Shown: positions 1 through 8,070 of the stretch, piece by piece | Numbering within the stretch: position 1 is the first letter of the stretch | Layout of the letters: every line of letters begins with the position of its first letter | Origin: Deltaproteobacteria bacterium | GTDB taxonomy: Bacteria; Desulfobacterota; Binatia; UBA12015 | Direction: 5' to 3' | Assembly (NCBI GenBank): GCA_029262355.1 | Contig: JAJCZO010000416.1 | Location: 2,031-66,030 of the forward strand | DNA: 64,000 nucleotides | Notes under the pieces: generated by a model | The model's input: only the letters and a program-made list of their open reading frames with translations | What the model was told of the DNA's origin: nothing | The model's database searches: none | Made by a program: the position numbers and the translations under genes

Positions 1-486
1 GTCGACGTCGGCAACAACACCTACTCGTTCGGTCGGTACTTCGAGTGCGCGCGGCAAGCCGTCCTCATGTCCGGCTATTTGGGCTCGATCGGCTTCTCGT
101 TCCCCGCGGCTCTCGGAAGCTGGGTGGCGACGCAGGAAGACGATCCGCGATTCCGCGGGCGCCCGGTCGTGTCGGTATCGGGCGACGGTGGGTTCGGTCA
201 GTATCTCGCCGAGCTGACGACGGCCGTGAAGTACGGGATGAACATCACTCACGTGCTGGTGCGCAACGATCAGCTGGGCAAGATCAGCAAGGAGCAGCGA
301 GCCGGCGACTGGAACGTGTGGCAGACCTCGCTGCACAATCCGGATTTCTCCGAGTACGCACGGATCTGTGGTGCGGCGGGCTGGCGCGTTGAGGATAAGG
401 CCGACCTCGATGGTGCGATCACCGAGGCGCTCCGGCATGACGGGCCGAGCCTCGTCGAGATCATCGCCGATCCAGAGCTGATCTGA
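1..486 (+). CDS. Thiamine pyrophosphate-dependent enzyme (pyruvate oxidase/acetolactate synthase-like), C-terminal part; 5' end outside window
   Basis: Frame 1 is open from base 1 (VDVGNNTYSFGRYF...MSGYLGSIGF); TPP-binding motif GDGGFGQY...N; ends GPSLVEI. Confidence 0.85.
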   Translation, partial: VDVGNNTYSFGRYFECARQAVLMSGYLGSIGFSFPAALGSWVATQEDDPRFRGRPVVSVSGDGGFGQYLAELTTAVKYGMNITHVLVRNDQLGKISKEQRAGDWNVWQTSLHNPDFSEYARICGAAGWRVEDKADLDGAITEALRHDGPSLVEIIADPELI

Positions 487-670
487 GTCGATAGCGATGG
501 AACCGAGCATCTGCCCAACGAGCTCTCGAGCGCGGGCTGGTGAGGCATGCGCGCCCGGCGTGACCGCAGCTCCTCCGCGTCCGAATGCTGGAGGCGTCGA
601 GTTGCTGAGGACCGATCGGCGTGGCACCTTCACCGAGCGGACCCCGTGCGGCGGCGTGTCCCGATGATCG

Positions 671-1294
671 ATGCGACGTGCCAAGCCAGATCCCTCGTCC
701 GGCAGCTCGCCGGCAGAGGACGACGCGATCCTGTCGGGCCTTCGCTCGGGCTCAAAGGAAGCTCGTGCGGCGCTTGCGGGCGAGTTGGCCGGCCCTCTCT
801 TGCGAGTCGCTCGACGGCTCGTGGGCGACCAGGACGCTCAGGACTGCGTGCAAGACGCGTTGCTGCAGGCGTTCCGAAACGTCGACCGGTTCGAGGGGCG
901 CTCGTCGCTCCGGACCTGGCTCTATCGGATCGTCGTCAATGCGGGGCTACAGAGGCTCCGCGCGAGGGGGCGGAATCGTGAGGATGCCCTCGAGAATCCC
1001 TACTCCGAGTTCGATGCCTCCGGCTGTCGTATGGTGGCGGACGTGGGCGATCTTCCCGGCGTCGAAGACCTGCTCCTGCGAAAGGAGACTCGAGACTGCG
1101 TTCGCGCCGCGATCGACGAGCTGCCAGCCGACTACCGGGCGGTCATCGTCCTGCACCATCTCGAGAACCACGGGATCGGGGAGGTCGCGGATCTCCTCGA
1201 CATCACGCCAGGTGCCGCCAAGATGCGACTTCATCGGGCACGCCTGGCGTTGGCCGCCGCCCTCGAGCCGGTCTTTCGGGGGGCGTGCGAGTGA
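671..1294 (+). CDS. ECF-family RNA polymerase sigma-70 factor
   Basis: Region 2 motif DAQDCVQDALLQAFRNVDRFEGRSSLRTWLYRIVVN; region 4 motif LPADYRAVIVL...EVADLLDITPGAAKMRLHRAR. Confidence 0.92.
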   Translation: MRRAKPDPSSGSSPAEDDAILSGLRSGSKEARAALAGELAGPLLRVARRLVGDQDAQDCVQDALLQAFRNVDRFEGRSSLRTWLYRIVVNAGLQRLRARGRNREDALENPYSEFDASGCRMVADVGDLPGVEDLLLRKETRDCVRAAIDELPADYRAVIVLHHLENHGIGEVADLLDITPGAAKMRLHRARLALAAALEPVFRGACE

Positions 1295-1308
1295 GTTGGG
1301 GGCAGACC

Positions 1309-1593
1309 ATGAAGCGGCGGATCCGCGGGGTGATCATGGGTCGACTACCGGGCATGATTACGTGCCGAGCACTGGATGAGTTCATTGTGGATTATCTGGA
1401 GGGAGCGCTCGCGGAGAACGACCGAGTGCTCTTCGAGCGTCACATCCGGTTCTGCCCGGATTGCCGACGGTACCTCGCGCGGTACCGGGTGGCGTTGGAG
1501 GCTGGAGAACGCATACTGAGCGAGATGGACGAGCCGGTGCCCCAGGAACTCGTGGAGGCGGTGCTCGCCGCCGTGACCTCCCGGGAGCCCTGA
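1309..1593 (+). CDS. zf-HC2 zinc-finger anti-sigma factor
   Basis: ITC...FIVDYLEGAL...FERHIRFCPDC (HxxxCxxC), directly after the ECF sigma. The start at ATG 1309 is uncertain. Confidence 0.85.
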   Translation: MKRRIRGVIMGRLPGMITCRALDEFIVDYLEGALAENDRVLFERHIRFCPDCRRYLARYRVALEAGERILSEMDEPVPQELVEAVLAAVTSREP

Positions 1594-1653
1594 GCGGCCT
1601 CGACGCCAGGCCGAGTTTCGACCCCACCCGACGGCACTCGTCCAGGAAAGCCA

Positions 1654-2475
1654 TTGAGTCAGACCAAACAGAACGACGCCAAACCGGCATCCGCGCCCGG
1701 GCCGATCGCACGCTTCGTGCGAGAGCGAATCCGACCGATGTTTTCGCAGCGCCTCGCGAAGCTTGCCGCGTTCGTCGTGCCCCACCTCTACATGGCCTAC
1801 ATGCGGCTCGTGTGGGCGACGAGCCGCGTCGAAGGGCTCGATGCGGCTGAACTCAAGGTCTGGGCGTCGGAGCATAAGGGCGTCGTGTGCATCCTTTGGC
1901 ACGAGGAAGTCTTCACCGTGGCCTACGGCTACTACTGGCTCGGAATCCGGATCCATACGCTCGCGAGTCTCGGAGAGTCTGGGGAACTCATCACCCGCAT
2001 GCTGGAGTTGTGCAACGCGGTCGTCTTCCGCGGGGGGAGCAGCACCGGGCAAGCGCGGCGACGCGAGGGGGTGCTCGAGGACCTGATCCATCACATGAAG
2101 ACCACGGACGAGGTTACGCTCGGACTGACGGTCGATGGCTCCAAGGGCCCCCCGTACCGCATGAAGAGTGGCGCCATCGTCGTCGCTCGCGAGGCCGATA
2201 GGCCGATCGCGCTCGTGCGGACCTGGTACAAGCGCTGTGTTCGTCTCCCCACCTGGGACCGGATGGCCGTGCCGTTGCCGTTCAACCGGATCCGCTACTA
2301 TCTTCGGGGACCCTACTTCGTGCCCGCGACCGCGAAGACCGCTGAGGGGCTCGAGGCGTTCCGCATCGAGTTGGACAACGCGCTGATCGATCTGGCCGCT
2401 CAGAGCTACGCCGACCTGGGCCAATCGCCGCCGCCCAACCTCACGAGGCGTGACGAGCCCGATCCGACCGTCTGA
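1654..2475 (+). CDS. DUF374 / lysophospholipid acyltransferase-family protein
   Basis: ILWH, LASLGESGELI, FRGGSS, TVDGSKGP and WDRMAVPLPF motifs. Confidence 0.8.
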   Translation: MSQTKQNDAKPASAPGPIARFVRERIRPMFSQRLAKLAAFVVPHLYMAYMRLVWATSRVEGLDAAELKVWASEHKGVVCILWHEEVFTVAYGYYWLGIRIHTLASLGESGELITRMLELCNAVVFRGGSSTGQARRREGVLEDLIHHMKTTDEVTLGLTVDGSKGPPYRMKSGAIVVAREADRPIALVRTWYKRCVRLPTWDRMAVPLPFNRIRYYLRGPYFVPATAKTAEGLEAFRIELDNALIDLAAQSYADLGQSPPPNLTRRDEPDPTV

Positions 2476-2581
2476 GCTGGGCCAGGTGGTCTCAACCGCC
2501 TGCTCTTCGAACGGGACGGCTCCCGACGGCCGGGACCAAGCTCCGTTCACCTAGGCCGGCGGGCGTACACGGATCGCTCTG

Positions 2582-2840
2582 CCCCGACCTGCAAAGCGTG
2601 GTTCGCGGTGGCAACCGAACCACTCACCTGAAGGTGCGGACATCTCGCGCCCGGGGTCGGGGGTGTTTCCGGCGGAGTGCCGAAAAGACTACGCCGCGCG
2701 CGAGTTCTTCTCCTTCCCACGGCGCTCCATCGGGTTCGTCGTGACGTCCATCCGCATGGCCCCATCGTTGCGCTCCTTTGGCTGCGCCGTTCGAGCATCG
2801 CTCGGACGCTCAACACGAAGCCAAAGGAGAGACGCAAATG
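2582..2840 (+). promoter_or_regulatory. Putative structured 5' leader with an RBS/start-codon-sequestering hairpin
   Basis: Complementary segments 2582-2589/2655-2662, 2598-2605/2616-2623, 2625-2628/2633-2636, 2773-2783/2819-2829 (covers AAGGAG), 2768-2772/2833-2837 and 2788-2796/2800-2808. Confidence 0.5.
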
Positions 2841-3557
2841 AGAAAGCCAGAACGACAAGACGAGCCGTTCCTGGGCCGCATGGGCCGAGCGCTTGCGATC
2901 GTGGCCACATTGATGGCTGGGCTCGCGGGAACTGCGAGCGCCACGATCGTGGCCAATCTGGAAGGTCCCAACCCAAACGAGCTCGCTTCGGGCGTCGGCA
3001 ACGTTCAGGGATGGGCGTATGCCACGATTCCGGGAGACGAGATCAAGACCGAGGTCGACGTCTACGTCGACGGGCAGTTTGCTCTGCAGGTTCCCTGCTG
3101 CAGCGACCGGGGTGATGTCAAGCAGGCCATCGCGGCCGCACCCCTGCTGAGCGGGTTCTCGGGGGCATACAACTTCGCGAGCCTCGCCCCCGGCCAGCAC
3201 ACGATGGAGGTGCATGTCTATTCGAAGTTCGGCGATCACAAGGTGCTGTCGACGGCCTTCAGTAGCGAGTCACTGGGAACGTACTCCTTCAACAAGAAGT
3301 TCCTCTTCGACGACGGCAAGGCGGACCACTGTACTCCGAGCAACGTCGTGGAAGACGGAGAGATGGTCGGGCGCATCGTGTGCAGCGGCGTCGAGCTGAC
3401 GAACGGTGCGGGATTTACGGAACACTGCGCTGGCGACATCGAGATGACGTGGGTCCGCTCCGTGCAGGGGTTTCGCGTGAGCAAGGGCTGCGACTTCATC
3501 GACTGGGTGAAGCCGCCATTCAAGCTCGAGCCCTCGCTCATCCTGGGAGAAAACTGA
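2838..3557 (+). CDS. Secreted hypothetical protein with an Ig-like domain carrying a VPCCxxRGDV motif
   Basis: AAGGAG RBS at 2824-2829; signal peptide ending GTASA; ~200-aa region homologous to the next ORF. Confidence 0.8.
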   Translation: MRKPERQDEPFLGRMGRALAIVATLMAGLAGTASATIVANLEGPNPNELASGVGNVQGWAYATIPGDEIKTEVDVYVDGQFALQVPCCSDRGDVKQAIAAAPLLSGFSGAYNFASLAPGQHTMEVHVYSKFGDHKVLSTAFSSESLGTYSFNKKFLFDDGKADHCTPSNVVEDGEMVGRIVCSGVELTNGAGFTEHCAGDIEMTWVRSVQGFRVSKGCDFIDWVKPPFKLEPSLILGEN

Positions 3558-3558
3558 G

Positions 3559-4995
3559 ATGAAACGCATTGAGAGAACGCTTCGTGCGGCGGGCGTCGGG
3601 CTCGCGATGATCGGGCTTGTCGCCTGGTCGGGGCCTGCCTCCGCCGCCATTCAGTACAACGTCGAGTCTCCCTCGGCGAGCTTCCCCGCCTCGGGCGTCG
3701 GCAACGTGTCCGGCTGGGCCTATACCACGGCGCCTGGTGCTTCGATTCAGCGACTGATCGAAGTGCAGGTCGACTCGGAGCCAAAATACCGTGTGCCGTG
3801 TTGCTCGAGTCGTGGTGATGTGAAGGCGGCCTTTCCGGCCGCACCCATGAACTCCGGTTTCTCCGGAGCGTACAACTTTCAGCGCCTTTCCGCCGGCACG
3901 CACACGATCAAGATCACGATCAAGAGCACCGCGAACGAGACCAAGACGATCACGCAGACCTTCGAGGTCGTGAAGGTTTCTCCGTACAGCTTCCTGAAGT
4001 CGCTCAAGTGGAAGCAGGCGAGCGATTGCGAGTCCGTCAACGGACTCGATCCGACACACGGCAACGCGGGCGTGGCTTGTACCGGCACCCGGGCTACCGC
4101 GAAGTCGTCCGGGAACCCGACGTCGGACTGCGATGGCACGATTCAGTTCGGGTTCAACCGGGCGAGCCAGACCTTCCAACCCGTGGCGGGATGTGACCCG
4201 CAAGGGACGCTCTCGGGAGGCGGCCTTGGGGGCATCGACGTCTCTAAGCTCCCCGACGACCTCTGGACGCTTCTGCCGGGTGGTGGCATCGACATCGGCA
4301 AGGTCCCACCCGGCCTCTTGGGCTGTTTCACGGGCGTGCCGAGTAACATCTCGGTCAATGTCAACGGACTGGTGCCGACCTTCGCCTTCAATACCTCCGT
4401 CGCGGCGAAAGCGGCGGTCGAGATTTGGGAGAAGGGCAAGGTGGACCAAGTGCTCGCGGGGCTTGGCAGCAGCCCGAAGGGCACCTACCACTCGATCAAG
4501 CCGCTTCCACTTCTGACGACGATCGCACCGGGCAGGGAATACGTGTACCGGATTCGCGTGAAGTCGAACTGCGGGAAACCCGATCGGGTCGTCGACGGGC
4601 CGGCTTCGTTCCGCACCAAAGAGCGAGTCGCGCGCGCTTTCATCGACAAGGTCAACGTGATCAGCGACGGCGACGGGGGGCTGGCGGGCTCCGGCGAGTT
4701 GAGCGTCGGTCTCGAGCTCGGCGGCCAGAACCCGTGGACCGGGGAGTACTCGGTGGATGATGGCGATACCATCCATCCGTCTCTCGGCATCTCGTGGTCC
4801 GGGGCGACCGATCACTTCGATGTCGTGATCTCGGCCTACGAGGACGATGACAACTTCAAGTCGGCAGTTACGAAGGCGATCAGTTTCGGACCAAGCCTCA
4901 CGTATTCGGGCGGAACGTGGGAGGGGACCCGCCACCTGAACCAGGACAACCTCAGCCTCAAGCTGTGGGTTCGCGTCATGGTGACCTATGAGTGA
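3559..4995 (+). CDS. Secreted multidomain protein (VPCCxxRGDV Ig-like domain, Fn3-like segment, acidic beta-sandwich)
   Basis: Signal peptide ending GPASA; SGVGNVSGWAY...VPCCSSRGDV...SGFSGAYNF is shared with the upstream ORF; YVYRIRVKS...FRT segment is Fn3-like. Confidence 0.82.
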   Translation: MKRIERTLRAAGVGLAMIGLVAWSGPASAAIQYNVESPSASFPASGVGNVSGWAYTTAPGASIQRLIEVQVDSEPKYRVPCCSSRGDVKAAFPAAPMNSGFSGAYNFQRLSAGTHTIKITIKSTANETKTITQTFEVVKVSPYSFLKSLKWKQASDCESVNGLDPTHGNAGVACTGTRATAKSSGNPTSDCDGTIQFGFNRASQTFQPVAGCDPQGTLSGGGLGGIDVSKLPDDLWTLLPGGGIDIGKVPPGLLGCFTGVPSNISVNVNGLVPTFAFNTSVAAKAAVEIWEKGKVDQVLAGLGSSPKGTYHSIKPLPLLTTIAPGREYVYRIRVKSNCGKPDRVVDGPASFRTKERVARAFIDKVNVISDGDGGLAGSGELSVGLELGGQNPWTGEYSVDDGDTIHPSLGISWSGATDHFDVVISAYEDDDNFKSAVTKAISFGPSLTYSGGTWEGTRHLNQDNLSLKLWVRVMVTYE

Positions 4996-5014
4996 TCTGA
5001 CGGGGTTCTAATTC

Positions 5015-5064
5015 AACGCAAAACGGGGGTGCCGACCATGAATGTCGGCACCCCCGCTTGCGTT
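5015..5064. terminator. Hairpin between convergent genes, likely a terminator
   Basis: Perfect 13-bp stem CGGGGGTGCCGAC (5024-5036) / GTCGGCACCCCCG (5044-5056), extended by AACGCAA/TTGCGTT. Confidence 0.7.
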
Positions 5065-5082
5065 CTCGGTTGCATACGCGGC

Positions 5083-6237
5083 TCAGGGCATCCCGAGAAT
5101 CGCGATTCCGCACGTGGTGGGCGGTCCGCCGATGTTGTGGCTGAGCGCCATCGTCGCGTTCTTCACCTGGCGCCCTTCGGCGCGGCCCTGCAGCTGAAGG
5201 GTGTTCTCGTAGATCATCCGTACCCCAGTAGCGCCGGTGGGGTGCCCGAAGGTCTTGAGCCCGCCGTCGGTGTTGATCGGAAGCTCACCGTCGAGCTCGA
5301 ATGTGCCGCTCGCGATGTGATCCTTCGCCGACCCTCTCTCGATGAGTCCGAGGTCTTCGTACGTCAGCATTTCCGTCAGCGTGAAGCAGTCATGGAGTTG
5401 GATGACATCGAGTTCCTTGAACGGATCGGAGATTCCGGCCTGTCGGTAGGCGTCCTTCGCCGCATACTGCGTGGGCTTCCAACCGAGGAAGTCGAAGTTT
5501 GGGTCGCGCTGGGGGTGCTCCGATACCGCGATGGTCACGGCCTTCACGAGGACGTGGTCGTCGCGGTAGTTCTTGGCCGACTCGGCTCGAGTCAAGATGC
5601 ACGCGGCCGCGCCATCGGACTGAGCGGCGCAGTCGTAAAGGCCGAAGGGCCACGAGATGATGCGCGCGTTCAGCGCATCGTCCACGGTGATCTCACGCTT
5701 CAGCATCGACTTCGGTGCCAGAGTGCCGTTGTGGTGGTTCTTCACCGCGATCTTGGCGAGGTCTTCCCGGCCCGCACCGAATGTCTCGAAGTAGCGCGCG
5801 GCGCACAGCGAGAACCACCCTGCCGGGGTGGAGGGAAGTCCACGCACCCGGTCGAAGTTGACCGAGGGGCCGGACACGCCGCGATCCTTGGGCTTGTCGA
5901 AGCCGACGACCAGCACGGTGTCGTACATCCCCGACGCAACGGCCAGCGCACCGAATCGGAACGCATCGGTCCCCGTCTGGCAGTAGTCTGAGACGATGCT
6001 GATCGGCTTGCCGAAGATCTTCAGCGCCTCGGCGATCTCCGACGTTCCCTCGCGGGGGTAGACGGCCCCGCAGAATACCGCTTCGATCTGCTCCTGCGGA
6101 TTCTCGATGCCCGCGTCGGCGTACGCTTCGTAGGCCGCGTCGACGATCATGTCCTCGCGCGACGACGTCCAGTTCTCGCCGAACTTGCACGCGCCGACTC
6201 CGACGACGGCGACCTTGTCTTTGATGGTTCCGCTCAT
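5083..6237 (-). CDS. Thiolase-family acetyl-CoA acetyltransferase (SCP-x/archaeal-like subfamily)
   Basis: Catalytic Cys in DYCQTG; HDCF motif; GHPTGATG motif; C-terminal HNIGG. Confidence 0.9.
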   Translation of the reverse strand: MSGTIKDKVAVVGVGACKFGENWTSSREDMIVDAAYEAYADAGIENPQEQIEAVFCGAVYPREGTSEIAEALKIFGKPISIVSDYCQTGTDAFRFGALAVASGMYDTVLVVGFDKPKDRGVSGPSVNFDRVRGLPSTPAGWFSLCAARYFETFGAGREDLAKIAVKNHHNGTLAPKSMLKREITVDDALNARIISWPFGLYDCAAQSDGAAACILTRAESAKNYRDDHVLVKAVTIAVSEHPQRDPNFDFLGWKPTQYAAKDAYRQAGISDPFKELDVIQLHDCFTLTEMLTYEDLGLIERGSAKDHIASGTFELDGELPINTDGGLKTFGHPTGATGVRMIYENTLQLQGRAEGRQVKNATMALSHNIGGPPTTCGIAILGMP

Positions 6238-6238
6238 C

Positions 6239-7654
6239 TCAGGCTCCCGCGGGAAGGGGGCTGGCCTTCCAGAAATAGTTGGCCTTGCCGCCGGCGCTAT
6301 GAATCTTCCGAAAAACGTACTCGACCGGCATGTCGAGCTTCACTTCGTCGGGCTTGGCGTTCGCGAGCTGCACCTGCACGCGACAGCCCTCGACGTCGGT
6401 CATGATCATGATCGTAGGCGGCTGGGCAGTCGGGAAGAAGTAGTCGAACGTGTACGACAGAACCTTGCCGTGCTTGTCAGAGAGCCGCGCCGGCTCCCAA
6501 CCATCCTTCGCGTGGCATCTGCAACAGACGCGGGTCTTCGGGATGTGAATTTGTCCGCAGCTCGTGCACTTGGCGCCGACGAACCCGATATCCGCATCGC
6601 GTTCTCGAAAACGGATCGTGGCGGAGAGCCCGAGGTCGGCGCCGGTGGCCCATTCCTTGGGGTCGAGGTTTCGCGATTTGAGGTACGTGTCATACGAGGG
6701 CAGGGGGCGACGACGATCGAGGTGCCCCTTCACGCCGCGCCGCGGCGGCAGCTTGGCGATCGCATCGGTCACTTCGAATGACAGTGCGTGCGCGCCGTCT
6801 CCGGCGCTGGCGGCGAGCAGTCGATCTCCTGCGCGCGCATCTTCGAGTGCGGCGACGATCAACAGCGGCGCGAACGCCGCGCCGCAATGGCCGAGTCGAC
6901 CAAAGAGGGGGTCCTGCACCTGCCTTCCCTCGAGGCCGACCTTCTTCACGACCCCACCCATGCTGCGGGCATCGGGTGCGACCAGAGCGGCCTTGGAATA
7001 GTCGCCGGCGCGGCGACCCGTCTTGTTGAACAGGCCGTTGACCGCCTCGATCATGTTGGGCGTGTACCCCTCGGTGACGATGAAGCGATCTTCCCACGCA
7101 TGGGTGAACGTTTCGCCATCGCTCCGCCACATGTCCTGGAACTCGTCGGAGATGGCGTACGAGCCGTCGATCGTCGCGATGACGTCATCGGAACTCAGGA
7201 GGATGGCGGCGGCTGCGTCGCCCAGCTTGGACTCGAGCACGCCGCGCGGCGCACCCATCCGGCAATCGCTTGCGACGACGAGGACGTTCTTCGCGCTTCC
7301 GGCACCCACGGCATTGGCGGCCGCTTCGATCGCGCTCGTCCCCGAACGCAGGGAGCCCGAGAAGTCCGTAGTGAGGACGTCTCGGCGCAGGTCGAGAGCC
7401 TTCGCAATGACCGCGGCTGCCTGCTTCTCCTTCAGCTCGTAGCTGGTCGACGCGAACATCACGCCGTCGATCTCGCGGCGATCGATGCCGCTGAGGCAGT
7501 CGATGGCGGCGGCGACGCCCATCGTGATGGCATCTTCGTCGTCGTAGGCGACGGCTTTCTCGGGGCCCCCTTCTTTCGGGGGACGTCCCTGAATCAGGGA
7601 CAGAGGCAGGCGCGTTGCCGGGATGTAGGCGCCGTACGCTCGAATTCCGGACAT
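6239..7654 (-). CDS. HMG-CoA synthase/KAS III-like domain fused to a DUF35 Zn-ribbon OB-fold
   Basis: N-terminal GIRAYGAYIPATRL...DEDAITMGVAAA; C-terminal CxxC-x10-CxxC followed by an OB-fold ending YFWKA. Confidence 0.88.
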   Translation of the reverse strand: MSGIRAYGAYIPATRLPLSLIQGRPPKEGGPEKAVAYDDEDAITMGVAAAIDCLSGIDRREIDGVMFASTSYELKEKQAAAVIAKALDLRRDVLTTDFSGSLRSGTSAIEAAANAVGAGSAKNVLVVASDCRMGAPRGVLESKLGDAAAAILLSSDDVIATIDGSYAISDEFQDMWRSDGETFTHAWEDRFIVTEGYTPNMIEAVNGLFNKTGRRAGDYSKAALVAPDARSMGGVVKKVGLEGRQVQDPLFGRLGHCGAAFAPLLIVAALEDARAGDRLLAASAGDGAHALSFEVTDAIAKLPPRRGVKGHLDRRRPLPSYDTYLKSRNLDPKEWATGADLGLSATIRFRERDADIGFVGAKCTSCGQIHIPKTRVCCRCHAKDGWEPARLSDKHGKVLSYTFDYFFPTAQPPTIMIMTDVEGCRVQVQLANAKPDEVKLDMPVEYVFRKIHSAGGKANYFWKASPLPAGA

Positions 7655-7797
7655 GCTTGGGGTCTCCTCGGGTCGTGAATTTGGCGTGCGTGAAGGGAGC
7701 TTTCGTAACACCGGCCCCGCACCACTGCGAGTTGACGCCCTTGCCTGGGCTGTGTCACCGCGACAAGGTCCAGGCCCTGACCTTGGGAGGAAAACGC

Positions 7798-8058
7798 ATG
7801 CATGGGTTGCTTTTCGTCGCCGTGCTCACGGCGGCCTTGTCGATCGGAAACGTAGCTTCGGCCGAACCGTCGGGACGGTTCCAGATCTCTGCGACGACCG
7901 ACGATTGGAAGCGGGCGTGGCGCATCGACACGAAGACCGGCGAGGTCTCGATCTGCTCGGTCGCACCGGACTTCACGGGGTGCCGAAAGCTGGCGGAAGG
8001 CGCACCGCTGGCCAAGAGCTGGAGAGACTCGGTCGGAAACGACGACGAGCCGCGCTGA
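7798..8058 (+). CDS. Small secreted hypothetical protein (WRIDTKTGEVSIC motif)
   Basis: GGAGG RBS; signal peptide ending VASA; two Cys residues. Confidence 0.7.
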   Translation: MHGLLFVAVLTAALSIGNVASAEPSGRFQISATTDDWKRAWRIDTKTGEVSICSVAPDFTGCRKLAEGAPLAKSWRDSVGNDDEPR

Positions 8059-8070
8059 GGGCGACCCGCC

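Noticed and set aside
2582-2690. Assignment of the leader to the c-di-GMP-I or cobalamin riboswitch class (GCAAAGC, CTGCCCC and GTGCCGAA fragments)
   Set aside because: The fragments are not in the order or spacing of those consensus models, so the element is left unclassified.
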